Positions 29,216-41,982 of a DNA stretch of 64,000 bases are shown here, one piece after another (the first letter of the stretch is position 1; each line of letters opens with the position of its first letter). The stretch spans positions 4,272,880-4,336,879 of the forward strand of contig MU058337.1 in NCBI GenBank assembly GCA_013265495.1. The letters are read 5' to 3'. Both the position numbers and the translations under genes were made by a program. This DNA is from Vicugna vicugna. Taxonomy: Eukaryota. The notes under the pieces were generated by a model. That model had not been told where the DNA came from, did no database searches, and saw only the letters and a list, made by a program, of their open reading frames with translations.

Positions 29216-32200
29216 AGCTGTGCATTCATCCCCACAATTGACTATACCTAGCAGTAATGAACTTCTGACCAGCCTCAGGAAAAAGTGAGTTTCTAGTATA
29301 CACTGATTTCCTTTGCAAAAGAAAACGAAGAAAAGTTTAATGGCAACAGAGGGCATTCGAGGAAGATGAAGAATTACACAGAAGGAAGACCTTGGAGAAT
29401 CAAACCCCCGCACGTGGCACAGAGGTGCCCGGCTGGGTGAGCTGGCCTCAGGGCTCTCGCAACAGAGCAGCACTTAAGAGATCAAACCCACCCTGGCTGA
29501 CCAGTTTGACTTTTCCAAGTGAATCTCTCTGCCTGTTCGCTCACTGAAAAAATTAGAAACGAGAATAATTTTCACAGGTGACAGGAAAACGACTACATAA
29601 AACCTATCATTCAAATACTGAATGACAAAAACCTATGAGAGAGGCGATGAGAAATACCAGAAGGTGACTCCCCCAGGGGCCCTGGCTACCCTCAGTCCGG
29701 GAGGAGAAACCAGGAGAGGTACCTCCTGTCCTTTGGGTCATGTATGGAACAGAGCTCCAGACAAGGAGGGCTCCACAAGTCCCAGAAAAGATTTCCTTTT
29801 CATTTTTAAAGAATGCTTTTCTCTATTCAAACCCTCAGGTGGTGATTTTGCAGTACTTTGGCAGAAGGTATAGTTCTCCGCAGGAGGAGGGCTGATTTGG
29901 CAAGAGCTTCACCACCCAAGGTGGACCCCACCGTGGGCTCACTTGGGAAAGTTTCCTTTTCTTTTTGGCCTGGAAATGCTAGGAGCAGGGAGAGGGGTCT
30001 CTGGACAGGAAGCTTCTATGCTTTGTCCTTCCTCCTCACCTCTGGTGTGGTAGTGACCGTCCAGGAAGATTCAGAGAGGAGCTCCATACTGGAGGTTGTA
30101 CAGGCCAGACTCTGGGCTTTTCCGAGGAGTCCGTAGCTAGAGGGAGGTCTTATTTCTGGCCTGGGGTGTCTTGTGGGTGGCTGTAAGGTGGGGCACGACA
30201 GCACAGGGTCCGGGAAGGGGCAGTGAACAAAGGGTACTGGAGTTAGTCTGGTGGGAGGGAGACAGAAATGTTCCAGGCCCTGCCCTGTTTATCTCTTCAT
30301 CTCAAGCTTAGTTTCCACTTTTGATGGTGTCCTTCCTCAGATTAAATGGAATTTGGCATGTGGGACCAGCTCTCTGCACGGCAGCGTTGGGGTTTTTGAA
30401 GGATGCTAATTTGGAACATATATAGGAGAATATTCCTCCCTGAAACACGGGGAAAGGGAAATCACTACATTTGTGTATAAAAGGTAGGGCTGAGTGTCCT
30501 GGATGCTAGAGACAAGAAAGAACATAGTAATTGATTAATAAAAAGTTTAACAAGTTTTGTTTGTGTGTGTTTGGGGTTTGTTTGCTTTTAAAGAACGGTC
30601 ACTATACCTCCCCCCACACCAAAAAAATTATAAATAAATAAATAAAGGTCACTAAATGAGAATGATCTCTTCGGTTGCACTTCTACCAAAAAAAAAAAAA
30701 AAAAGCTCATCAACCAAGGGGCATGTTTTTATGTCGATTTTCAATTAAAGCCAAGAGCAAACTTGGAGCTGTACAAAAACTTTCTCATCTGAACCACTGT
30801 TTATAGAAATTTCTCTTAAAAGTGTATGTAATATTTATAAATTTTATCACCTAAGTAAAACAAATTACAGAACAATATTGCAAAATACCAAAAGCCAAAC
30901 ACAGAAAAGGAAAACTATCCAAATCCCATGACCCAAACACTACTGATGCTTATTTCCTTTCCTTATTATCTGTCTGATCCATGTGCCTTCTCCCCACAGC
31001 ACTGGGGGCTCCAGGAGGCCAAGAGCACTGGTCTTACTGCGTCCTCGGGGCTTCTTAAAAGGGACGAAGCACAAGTCATTACTGATTACAGAATCATTGC
31101 AGACGCCCATGACTGCATTATGTTGTAATCACAGCCTCAGGAGATGCCGAGGTACAGAGGGGCAGTTTGTCCCTCCACTAAATGGCCTGCAAATCCCATC
31201 GTTTGGTCACATCTTGCACCTCCTTTTGTCCCCATTTTTATAAACCACTCCCAATCCCATTCGCACTCCTAGCTCCTCACCCACTCCTGTGAGTTGACAT
31301 TTCTAACCTGACTTGCGGGTGGAAAGTAAACTTCATACATATATATGATCGTATAACTTTCCTGCCTAAAACCCTCTGATCCTGGGACAAAGAGCCAACT
31401 CCTTGCCTGGCCCTGATCTCTCTCTTAACCTGCACCTCACTCTCCTCTCCCCATTGACTACCTTTCCGTTCTCTGAATACGGCCTCCTCCCACTTTCCTT
31501 CCTTTATTTAGTGAATCCCCATTATCCTTCAGACCAGCTCAAATGTCACTTTCAGGGGGACGCTTTCTCTGCTCTTCCAACTAGGCCAGGTCACCCTCTA
31601 CAAACTCAGCACCTTTCCTTCACAAGTCTTACCAGGGTGCATCTCTACATTATGCGTGTGTGAGAGATAAATGTCTGCCTCCTCTAAGCCTGGTTTTCCT
31701 GCCTACTGTATCCCCAGGGCCCAGGATTTGCAGAAGTCTGTCTCATCAACAAATATTTTTAAGTACCCGCATCATGCCAGGCATTATTGTAGGACCAGGA
31801 TTAAGAGCCTAGATTCCAGGAGGGCTTCCCAGGAGTGGCCTTACATCAAGAGCTGGAGTTTTAGACAAGAGGACTCTTTTTCTCCTCCCTGGTTCTCATC
31901 TGTGCCAGTAAGTGAGGTGACGCTATATTAAGATTTACTAATAAGAATGACTGCAGGATCTAAGGTTCAATTTAATAATTTACTCATAATATCGTATCAA
32001 AAGTAACATAAAGAAAATTAACATAAGTCTTGGTTAACTGTGCGCAGCTTTAAGTGCCCCGCTGGAGTAACGATTTTTAAGTCACTGGAATGAACTGTTC
32101 CCGTAAAGCATCTGTAAGGCCAATATTCATGGCCTAGGTTGCATTCTTCTCTGGTTATATTTTAAACCCTTACTTTTAAGCATCAAGTTTGCTTAGAGAA

Positions 32201-33924
32201 CGAAACATCTTAAAAAGTCTCTTCAGTAAAACCTTCCACTATTGACAACTATTAAGATCTACATTCTGCACGGAAGGTCGCTGAGCCGCAAGGGCAGGTA
32301 AGGACTTACCAAGAATGGAGTATGTCCCGGAGGGCCAGACGGGCTAAGCCCCACCGGGTCTGACCTCGGTCCTTCCCCGCCAGACCCCTCCCCGCGCCCT
32401 CCAGGCCCCTTCCTCGGGCAGACCTGAGCCCCTTCCCAGGCAGGGGCGCCGGCCTACGAAGGATCCCGGGGTCCTCCCGCGCACCGGCCGGCGTCGAGCC
32501 CAGGCTCCGGGGCAGGCGAGCGGCGTCCCCACCGCCCTCCTCGGCGAAGCTCGCGGCGCCGCGGGCTCGGAGGTCGCCGGGACCCAGGCCGCAGTCGCGC
32601 AGGCCGGTCCCCGCCGCGCTCGGCCGCGGTGTGCGGAGGCGGCGCCGGCGGAGAGGAAGGAGCGCGGCGGCGCCCCCTGCCCGCGCCTCTCGGCGGTCCC
32701 CGGCCCGCGCGCCCACCCGAGTACCGCGCGTCCCCGCGTCCCTGTAGTAGATCCTCCCGGCCCCTCCTCCCGCCCGGAGGAAAGCCGGAGTTCGCGGGGA
32801 GAGCGAGCCGGCGGAGGCCGCCGTGCGTCCGCCTCCAACTCGCCCGAGGGCCCGGGGACGCCCCCGATTCAAGCTGTTGAAGGCACGATTTTGAAACCAT
32901 TACTAATGACAATTGCCAAAAAGGAAACAGTCGAGAAACGCCCCCTTGCCTCCTTCTCCCCGCCAGGCCTGTTGTGGCTGGCGGTGCCACCCGCCCATCA
33001 GAGTTTTAGAGGCAGCTGGCAAGGTCGAGAGAAGGAGGGAAAGGGAGCAGGGGGCTCCAAGTACGATCGTGACCCGTCCTGTGACAGCGCTGGCCCCGGG
33101 GGAGCGCGCAGGGCCGAGGGGACGGCCGCCACGCGCTCTGGGGCCAGGCCCTGCCGAGCGTGCCGTGGACACTGGCACCGGGCGAGAGCCACCGGTATCC
33201 GCGCCCAACCCCCTCCCCCCGCCCCGAATCGGGCTTTGTTCCCGAGACGACTCGTCCCTTCTCTCCCTAGCGCTTCCCTCCACCATGCGGCCCAGCTCTT
33301 CCCCCCACTTTTCCCCGGGAGGATGGGCACCCACGCAGTGGCATCCGTTCGGAAGCCACCGGGCTCCGGAGAGGCCAGGGCCCACAGCCGCGCAGGCGGC
33401 GTTGCCGGCGTTGGCGGCGTGGAGAGCAGGCTGAGGCTGTAGGCCGGGCCCGCGGCTCCCCGGTGCCGGGCGGAGGGCCCATCGCTCAGGGCGCACTGCC
33501 GCTGGCCGCCACCTCGGCCCCTGCCCACAGCTCGGTGTACCTCTGGCCTGTCTGGTGGGGTCGGGTTGCTGCTGCCACGGCGGAGCCCGGCACCGATTCG
33601 AAATCACAGCTTCGAGCGCGCGGCCCGCGACACGCCTCCGGTTACCCTGGGGCTGGCGTCTCTCGTCCCATCGGAGCGCGCGGGGACAGTGCCCTGACAG
33701 CTGTGCCGGGCAACCGATCGTCAGATATCATTGATAACACCTCCCTTTCATCGTGTTTTATACCTGCCCTCTGCACGAGTGGAGGATATGGTGACAGTTT
33801 TTTTTTTTAATCTCAGCTGTGCCCCTCTATCGGGCATCTACTATTTATTTGTCCCCTGACCGGAAAGTAAATAAAAGAGTGAGAGATGATAAAGCCTGCG
33901 GAATTTCCGCTAGTCCTGGCGCGA

Positions 33925-33944
33925 ACTACACGTCCCAGGAAGCC
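33925..33944 (+). promoter_or_regulatory. ZNF143/THAP11-type ACTACAnnTCCCA motif
   Basis: ACTACACGTCCCAGGAAGCC lies between the two divergent starts. This motif is known to be enriched at bidirectional promoters. Confidence 0.7.
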
Positions 33945-34364
33945 CTGGCGCCCGGACGCGTCTCCACCCCGCCATCCACTTGGAGAAGGCTTTACTCAGC
34001 CCGGGCCGACGCGCGGGCCAATCCCCTCGCCCTGCACCTTGGGCTGGAAGCTGAGGCGGATTCGCCCCCCAATGATGCTCCAGTTACAGAAGCAGCGTAA
34101 GTTTGTCATTGTCCAGAGGAAGAGGAGCAACGTGGTTCTTGCCCATTTCAGCAGAACTGCTGGCATCCTTCGGCTAGACCAGCCAGAGCTCCGGTTGTGA
34201 TTTTTCTGGGGAGACCCACGCTGCAGTCCAGCCCAGCAAAGGACCCCTCTTGGAGCCGCGTCTGCAGCTGCGATCGGCCGACGTGCCCCTGCCCAAGCCG
34301 CGGCTGGCTCCGTCCACCTCTTACCCTTCATTTATCCGTGGATCATTTTGAATCCATCTTGTAA

Positions 34365-34546
34365 ATGTTTAGCATTTTGCTGCTTTACTGCTTCTTTCTG
34401 GGGACAGTTCCAGCCTTGGCCGAGACCGGCGGAGAGGGGCGACTGAGCCCGGAGAGAAGCGAAATATGGGGACCGGGGCTGAAAGCAGCGGTCGTCCTTC
34501 CCGCGCGCTATTTCTATATTCAGGCGGTGGACACATCAGGAAATAA
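34365..34546 (+). CDS. POGLUT2: POGLUT2/KDELC1 exon 1 (signal peptide, start of filamin-type repeat)
   Basis: [24 protein letters not shown]...AVDTSGN AA|gtaagt; 182 nt. Confidence 0.96.
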
Positions 34547-35579
34547 GTAAGTCGAGAAATGGCTCGCCGACTATTTGGGGATGCGGTTCAAACTTACTGT
34601 TTCTTCCCTCAAGTATTATCCACCCAAGAACTCATTTCTAAATAGCAGTTTAAAATCCAGGACATTTGGATGCTATTCACATCTGATTTTAACAGTCTTA
34701 CCCCGTTCCAGTCCATTTTTCTCTGTAGCTTTCGAAATAATTTTGAATAAGCTTTTCTCCTGGCTGTTTTGATAGGGATTCCCACATGGCTGGAACAAAC
34801 CCCTGCACTTTGCTGGAAGTACTTTCTGAGTCCTTCTGCATAAACTGTTATAAGGATTTAAACCCACTTGTTAGAAACTGGTTGGTTTCAGCTTTCTCTG
34901 GTGCTGCCCTCTGTTTGTAGGTAGACATGCAGGTAAGCTGCTTTGAAACTGAAATAGAGAACTACAGCACTATTTGCAACTTTATAGTTGAGAGGGAAAA
35001 TATCAAAATGTGAATCCCTTGTGTGTTTGTTACAACTTTATGTCATTCCATGGAATTCAACAATTAAAATTATACTTAAAAATTTTTATAGCATTCACGT
35101 ACTTCTGAAATGACTACCTTTTGTGTGTGTGTGTGTGGATGCTGACTACGTATATTTGGCAGGCAAAAAAATCTTAGGAATGTTTTCCAAAGCAAAGAAA
35201 AGGAAGGTTATAAATTTTTGTCACTTGGCTATAAATAGTGCAATGGGAGAAACTAAATACCATCTTAATCTTAACACCAAGAGCACTCACTCAAAAGAAA
35301 AAACTTTTTTACAGCATCACTTACATGATATACCACCTCGTAGCTTTTGCCCATGGCTGAGCATGATTTACAATACTGATTTCTTAACGAATCACTGAGA
35401 ATGATTTGTCAGAAAATCATTATCTTTAGAGGCAGTATTTGATCACAAATTTCCAGATGTGATGGGCATGAAGTAAGTAGTAGTTTGATGAGACTGTGTT
35501 TATATATGAAATGCGTAAGTGTAAGTATGTTCTGTTTACATAGATTAGTAGTCTTAACATATTCCCTTGCAATTTTCTT

Positions 35580-35782
35580 TTTTTCTATATATATTTACAT
35601 ATATATATATAGTTTTTTAATTGAAGTATAGTCAGTTTACAGTGTGTCAACTTCTGGTGTACAGCATAATGCTTCAGTCATATAGGAACATAAATATATT
35701 CATTTTCATATTTTTTCGCCATAAATTACTACAAGATATTGAATGTATTACCCTGTGCTATACAGTATGAACTTGTTGTTCT
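35580..35782 (-). mobile_element. L1 3' end fragment
   Basis: Reverse complement of the 25600-25760 subfamily. TSD TTGCAATTTTCT at 35567 and 35783. Confidence 0.85.
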
Positions 35783-36018
35783 TTGCAATTTTCTAATGAA
35801 ACTGTTTTATATTATCTTGGCCATTGTCATCCTCTTCTTTTTAATTTTTTTAATGTCTGTTCTGTCATATTCATTCTGGTACTAAAAGCATAAGGACAGA
35901 GAAGCAAACATGTTAGGGGAGGATGTGGGAGAGAAGATTAAGGTTCACAGACTGGAGAACATAATCTTTGTACGTTTGTTAAAATAATCTTTATATCTTA
36001 CTGTTCTTCCCATCACAG

Positions 36019-36224
36019 ATTCACATCTTCTCCGGGTGAAAAGGTGTTCCAGATTAAAATCTCAGCACCAGATGAGCAATTCACTAGAGTTGGAGTCCAG
36101 GTTTTAGACCGAAAAGATGGGTCCTTCATAGTAAGATACAGGATGTATGCAAGCTACAAAAATCTGAAGATAGAAGTAAAATTCCAAGGCCAACATGTAG
36201 CCAAATCTCCATATATTTTGAAAG
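36019..36224 (+). CDS. POGLUT2: POGLUT2 exon 2
   Basis: cag|A TTC ACA ... AAA G|gtcatt; [43 protein letters not shown]...; 206 nt. Confidence 0.95.
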
Positions 36225-37569
36225 GTCATTTGGAACATAATTTTAAAACAACAGTATTTGAATACAATAATGAATGTCTTTCAATCAATAAAAACAAGTT
36301 AGCATGCTATTTTTCTCACTGAAAAAAAAAATGCACATCTCCTACTTGAACGGAGAGTCCTGGTAAAAGAGAGAAATGCAAGATTTGAATGGAAATTATA
36401 ATTGGCTAAAGAGGAAAGAACATATTGATAGAGAATTTGCTCCTTGAAGACACAACATTAGCAAGAAGAATCCAGCCATATACACACGGTCATAGATGGC
36501 TCGCTCTTAATTAGAGATGTGTGATTTAAGTAACCAACAAATGTTATTGAAATTTGATCAGTCACTTCAGAAAGAGAGAGAGTGGAAGTTGACTGTGGTT
36601 TTTTGTCTTCGTTTCACTACCAGTTTTCCCAAGAAATCCTCTGATGTGTTCTGACAGAGGATGAGAGTACAGCTTTCTTACCTAGAGCCGTATCATTTCC
36701 TCTCAGTGGAGACGGCACCCTCAAATACTAGAAAAGCAGTGTTTGTACAGACACACACATCTTCCTTGTCCGCGTGCCGCAAGAAAGGCAAATGTTTCTC
36801 AAAAAATGTCTAGATGTCTTTCCCACACTCCACCAGGACCACCTTGTACCATATAACCTGCTGAACCTTAAAAAGGTATCCCAGTGTCTACTACTGCCTG
36901 GGTCAGGTGACAATCTGAGAATTAGAAGAATAAATGACAATAAAATGTCAATTCAGATTCTGTTAGTATTATATTATATTAGTATTATTTCTGTAAATGT
37001 AATTCATTATAATATTAGTGAATGAGTGTTTTGCAGATTACTTCTTTATAATTCTTCACAAAAATAGCAAACACAGGAAGGAGGCTTTACCTGTATTGAC
37101 TGTATTACCCATTGAGAAGAGTACCTTAGACACTTTAAGAACTTGCTTGTATCATAGACCATTGAAATACTAATTTCTTATCATTTTTGTCTTTCATTAA
37201 AACACTTACTCCTCCTTTTTTATGTTTTACCAATGTTTGGTTATTCTTAAGTACACAGAAGATAAAGAATAATGGACTCTGGTAGCCACTGAGAGCAGAA
37301 AAGTAGTACCATTGGCTTTCTTTTGAACTTGTACCAAGAGGGCCTGACTGTGAAAATACCCTAGGACTTAACTGTAAAGCGCGGTCAGAACAGACTTGTT
37401 AGCGATACCACAGTGTAATAAAAATATTTTTCTTTTTAAAATATTTTTCCCATCAAAATGCCCTTCCCATCTAGGCAAAATGTGTGAAGTCCTATTATGG
37501 GTATTTGTTACATGTTTCAAATGCCGAGTGAAGTTAATACTGTATATTTTGTTCCTCGTGTGTCATTAG

Positions 37570-37775
37570 GGCCGGTTTACCATGAGAATTGTGACTGTCC
37601 TTTGGAAGACAGTGCAGCCTGGCTTCGGGATATGAACTGCCCGGAAACCATTACTCAGATTCAGAGAGATCTGGCACATTTCCCCACCGTTGATCCAGAA
37701 AAGATTGCAGCAGAAATCCCGAAAAGATTTGGACAAAGACAGAGTTTATGTCATTATACCTTGAAGGATAACAAG
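37570..37775 (+). CDS. POGLUT2: POGLUT2 exon 3
   Basis: tag|GG CCG GTT ... AAC AAG|gtacag; [10 protein letters not shown]...HYTLKDNK; 206 nt. Confidence 0.95.
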
Positions 37776-37956
37776 GTACAGTTCATGATCGAGGTTTGCT
37801 TGTTTGTCTTAGTGATTTTGGCTTTGACCACTTGACTACAACCAGATATGTAGTTTTATTAAAACATCACTCTGCGGATCACTGAGATCAGCTTTATCTC
37901 AGTGAAGTCAGCCAGTTCTCTTAGACTAACAGAATAAACATTCTATTCTCTTCCAG

Positions 37957-38034
37957 GTTTATATCAAGACTCATGGTGAACATGTAGGTTTTAGAATTTT
38001 CATGGATGCCATACTACTTTCTTTGACTAGAAAA
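37957..38034 (+). CDS. POGLUT2: POGLUT2 exon 4
   Basis: cag|GTT TAT ... AGA AAA|gtaagt; [26 protein letters not shown]; 78 nt. Confidence 0.95.
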
Positions 38035-38199
38035 GTAAGTATTTCTTTTCTATTCTCGCCTATGTATAATGGACAGTCTAAGCCCAGGTTCTACAATATA
38101 ATTTTTAAAAATAAAAATAAGAGAAATTTCAGGGGGGTTCTGTTCTGGAGCCTGAAGTACCGTGATAGTCTTCTGAGGTTTTATGTCATGTAGGACACC

Positions 38200-38480
38200 T
38201 GTGTTAGTCTCCTAGGAATGCTGTGACAAAGCATGTGAACTGAGTGGCTCAAAACAACAGAAAGTTGTTCTCTCACAATTCTGGAGGCTAGAAGTCCAAA
38301 ATCAGGGTGTCAGCAGGGCCATGCTCCCTCTAAAACCTGTAGCGGGGAGTCCTCTCTAGGCTCTTCTAGTTTCTGGGGGTGTCAGCAATCCTTGGGGTTC
38401 CTCAGTTTGCAGGTGCACCACTCCACTCTCTCTGCCACCACGTGGCATCATCCCTGGGTATCTTCACATCTTCTGTTCTT
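38200..38480 (-). mobile_element. MLT1 (MaLR) LTR fragment
   Basis: TGTGTTAGTCTCCTAGG...CTCTCACAATTCTGGAGGCTAGAAGTCCAAAATCAGGGTGTCAGCAGGG. Confidence 0.8.
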
Positions 38481-38592
38481 CTGTGGCCACGAAAGGCCGT
38501 GTGCTCGAGCCAGCCTTTCCCAGCTCACTGATAAATAGAAGGAATTATCCGACTGAAGAAATGTGAATCAGCCCTTGGCTTTCTTTTCCCAG

Positions 38593-38765
38593 GTGAAGAT
38601 GCCAGATGTGGAGTTTTTTGTTAACTTAGGAGACTGGCCTTTGGAAAAAAAGAAATCCAGTTCACACATCCATCCCATCTTTTCCTGGTGTGGCTCCACG
38701 GATTCCAAGGATATCGTGATGCCTACCTACGACCTGACTGACTCCGTTCTAGAAACCATGGGCCG
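38593..38765 (+). CDS. POGLUT2: POGLUT2 exon 5 (GT90/CAP10 domain)
   Basis: cag|GTG AAG ATG ... GGC CG|gtgag; [16 protein letters not shown]...ETMG; 173 nt. Confidence 0.96.
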
Positions 38766-38887
38766 GTGAGAGACCCGGGTCGAAGAGACCCAGAGCCTTG
38801 GTTTCCTTTCCTTGGTGAGTTCTTTCCCAGTGACCTTTGCGACATGATGATGCGGGGGGAGAATCTGTTGCACTTTCTGTCTTCCAG

Positions 38888-39125
38888 AGTGAGTTTGGAT
38901 ATGATGTCTGTGCAAGCTAACACGGGGCCTCCCTGGGAAAGCAAAAACGCCACAGCTGTCTGGAGAGGGCGAGACAGCCGAAAGGAGAGACTTGAGCTGG
39001 TGAAACTGAGCAGAAAACACCCGGAACTTATAGATGCTGCTTTCACCAACTTTTTCTTCTTTAAACATGACGAAAGCCTGTATGGGCCCCTTGTGAAGCA
39101 CATTTCATTCTTTGATTTCTTCAAG
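38888..39125 (+). CDS. POGLUT2: POGLUT2 exon 6
   Basis: cag|A GTG AGT ... TTC AAG|gtatga; [30 protein letters not shown]...FFDFFK; 238 nt. Confidence 0.96.
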
Positions 39126-39504
39126 GTATGATATCATCTGTGGCAAATCCTTTCTGTTTTTCCAAATACCTTCATTTTGGGGAGGGAAATCGAGGCCTGT
39201 AAATTACAAGGAGTGGGAGAGGTGAGCGCAAAATGTAGTGAACTTCAAGGCACGGGGCCCCGGACACTGTTTGGATAACCTGGGTTATGCTCAGTTTCTA
39301 GACCTGACATTAAATACGCATCAAGGGAGTTTGGGACCTGGGTAGAGCTCTGATTTGTCCCCCAGCCGACCCTCAAGAGTAGCACATTTTGGCTCCAGAT
39401 CCTTTTTTGTTAATAAATACATACAAGTGATTTTACAAATATTTCTCCCCAGAGCCATAGCATCACAATGGTCTAAAGAAGAAATATAAACCAGGTGTCT
39501 CTTA

Positions 39505-39780
39505 CCAGTTTTCTTTTGGTTTCCATTTGCATGGAATGTCTTTTTCCATCCCCTTACTTTCAGCTAGCTCTGAAGTAGGTCTCTTGTAGACAGCATATAT
39601 ATGGGTCTTGTTTTTGTATCCATTCAGCCAGTCTGTGTCTTTTGGTTGGAGAATTTAATCCATTTACATTTAAGGTAATTATTGATAAGTATGTTCTTAT
39701 TGCCATTTTGTTAATTGTTTGGGGTTTATTTTTGTAGGCTTTTTTTTTTAACTGACTATACTTCAATAAAAAAAGAAAAA
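39505..39780. mobile_element. Rearranged L1: inverted ORF2 N-terminus joined to a sense 3' tail
   Basis: Minus strand encodes MAIRTYLSIITLNVNGLNSPTKRHRLAEWIQKQDPYICCLQET. It is followed by plus-strand AACTGACTATACTTCAATAAAAAAA. Confidence 0.85.
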
Positions 39781-40076
39781 TCTGTCTTCCCTTAGGTTGT
39801 AGCCTTAGGACAACAATTTTATAATTTTATTGGCTGCTCCAGCCTTAGCCTCATGGCCCCTTTGTGAAATTTGGGAGAACATCAAAATACGCCTTTAGGT
39901 GCAGGTGTGCATATTGGATGCAGTAACACTCATCAACTGGTGGAGGCCAAGGGCAAAATCTGGCCGGTTTATATCTGAGGATAGTGAGGCTTTATGTGTG
40001 GAAAGAAGACGAGAATAAAGAGAGTGGAAAAAGAGAAATTTAGTGAAGGCTCTTATCCGATATTGCTGTTTTGCAG

Positions 40077-40286
40077 CATAAGTATCAGATAAACGTGGAC
40101 GGCACTGTCGCCGCATACCGCCTGCCATATCTGCTGGTGGGCGACAGTGTCGTCCTGAAGCAGGACTCCATCTACTATGAACACTTTTATAATGAGCTGC
40201 AGCCCTGGAAACACTACATTCCGGTTAAAAGCAACCTGAGCGACCTCCTAGAAAAACTTCAATGGGCAAAAGATCACGATGAGGAG
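40077..40286 (+). CDS. POGLUT2: POGLUT2 exon 7
   Basis: cag|CAT AAG TAT ... GAG GAG|gtaagg; [20 protein letters not shown]...AKDHDEE; 210 nt. Confidence 0.96.
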
Positions 40287-40955
40287 GTAAGGTCAGTCTC
40301 TTTGTAGCCCAATATCATGGGTTCATTTTCAAGGTCCTGTGCCTGGGGAGCATTCAGGATGCTTAGATGTAGACCCTCACCTGTAAATGGGAAGCCACCT
40401 CTCCATGGACAGCACAGTTCAGGGTGAACACAGGTGTTGTGACTTGGTTAACTGTCCACCATGCACATGAAACTAAAAGCTAAACCTTGGCCTTGATCAT
40501 GCTGTCTTCTAGACAGTTTGACCTGAGCCTCTAGCACTGCTTCACTCTACTCACAGTGTGAAAATTAAGATGGCCAATATGGCAGGAGGAAAACTGACTG
40601 TGCAATGGATTAAAATGAGGGATTCATGAAATAAGATGAAAATTGTTAAGCAGTGCATTAAGCTTCATCTTGAATTTACAAAGTTATTGTTACTTCATTT
40701 AATGTTTACCTTTTCTTTCCAAGAGAAGCTAATTCCAGAAGATCCAATATGACTTCTCAGACTTTCAAAACTTCTCAGAAACATCCCTTTAATTGGAACA
40801 AACATATTCTGTTAAATGTTCCCTTTATCACGTAAGACCCCAAAGATATTTTCCCCACTATTTTCCCACTAAAATGTACTCTGAAGATCAGTTAGCATGT
40901 GTCCACATGGGGAAAAGTATGTTTCATGAAAGGGATATTATTTTTGTTCCCATAG

Positions 40956-41045
40956 GCAAAGAAGATAGCAAAAACAGGACAAGAATTTGCAAGAAATAAT
41001 CTCATGGGTGATGATATATTCTGCTATTATTTTAAACTTTTCCAG
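40956..41045 (+). CDS. POGLUT2: POGLUT2 exon 8
   Basis: tag|GCA AAG ... TTC CAG|gtcagt; [30 protein letters not shown]; 90 nt. Confidence 0.95.
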
Positions 41046-41957
41046 GTCAGTATTTTCTAAGAAAGTAGACATACAACTTGTAATGGTCAGTTCTGTTAAT
41101 AGCAAGGAATATTTCACTTAACTTCTAAAAGTGAATGAATTAAAGAGGTACGTGTATAGCTCTGTAGGCAAAATCAGGGACAGATATCAAATAATAATGA
41201 AAATAATAGGAAACCAAAGATCAGCTAATGGAGAATGCTACAGCATTGAGAGAAAAGTATCACTGTTAGGAGCATATAGTATGTGGTGAGGAAATTGGCG
41301 TCTGACCCTCCAAAGGTACTGTGCACGGATCTGTATTTCCTCTTTGCACAACTTTGCTGCTGCCTCATCACTTCCTTGTCTAAACAGTGCAAAGCATGTT
41401 TGGACTGGTTGTACTGACCCCAAATGAGCCATGACTTTTCTTGGAAAATATTTTCATGCATTTAAGGATTGTAATCAAAGCATATCTGACAATTTGAAAA
41501 GTTCTTTAAAAAAAAATGCTCTGGGAAACAGGTACTTTGCAAATAATAGTGCTAGATCTAAGTTAAGATTTTTTTTTTTAATTTCAGAATTGAAAATATT
41601 AAGCCCCCAGTCTTAGACACTGCTACAGAACAAAATTGGTCTTTTTCTGGTCTGCACTGGCCCCTCCCCCTTTATAACCTTTCCTAGGGGATGTGGAAAT
41701 GTGTAGACTGATGGAGCCAGGGGGGTTTACTATCTGAATTCCTAAAGACCCACAAGGTAGAGTTCATTCATTCAACTCAAGTATAAGCATAAGCACCTGG
41801 CCTGGAGCCTGGCACAGAGCAAACACATGAGGAATGAAGGTGCAACTGAGGCTGTACAAGACGTGGTGGGTCCAGCAGGAATGGTCAGTCCTCAGATTCT
41901 CAGTCTAGGGAAGATAGTGAGCACAGTTATTTTCACTACGTGGCAGAAGGTGGAAAA

Positions 41958-41982
41958 ACACACACACACACACACACACACA
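41958..41982. repeat. (AC)n microsatellite
   Basis: Read directly from the sequence; about 12 units. Confidence 0.95.

Larger units (their letters stand above)
32280..34570. promoter_or_regulatory. Bidirectional CpG-island promoter of BIVM (-) and POGLUT2 (+), including BIVM non-coding first exon(s)
   Basis: About 2.3 kb, very GC- and CpG-rich, between head-to-head genes. Minus-strand donors CAGG|gtaacc (33646/33645) and CTTG|gtaagt (32310/32309). CCAAT boxes at 34018 and 34069. Confidence 0.88.

Noticed and set aside
32306..33810. Many overlapping long ORFs (160-234 aa) on both strands
   Set aside because: They lie in a CpG island where stop codons are rare, have low-complexity Arg/Gly/Pro/Ala composition and show no recognisable domain.
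34018..34090. ER-stress element in the POGLUT2 promoter
   Set aside because: Neither CCAAT box is followed by N9-CCACG.
38723..39124. Two antisense ORFs over POGLUT2 exons 5-6
   Set aside because: Shadow frames of coding sequence with no independent splice or promoter evidence.
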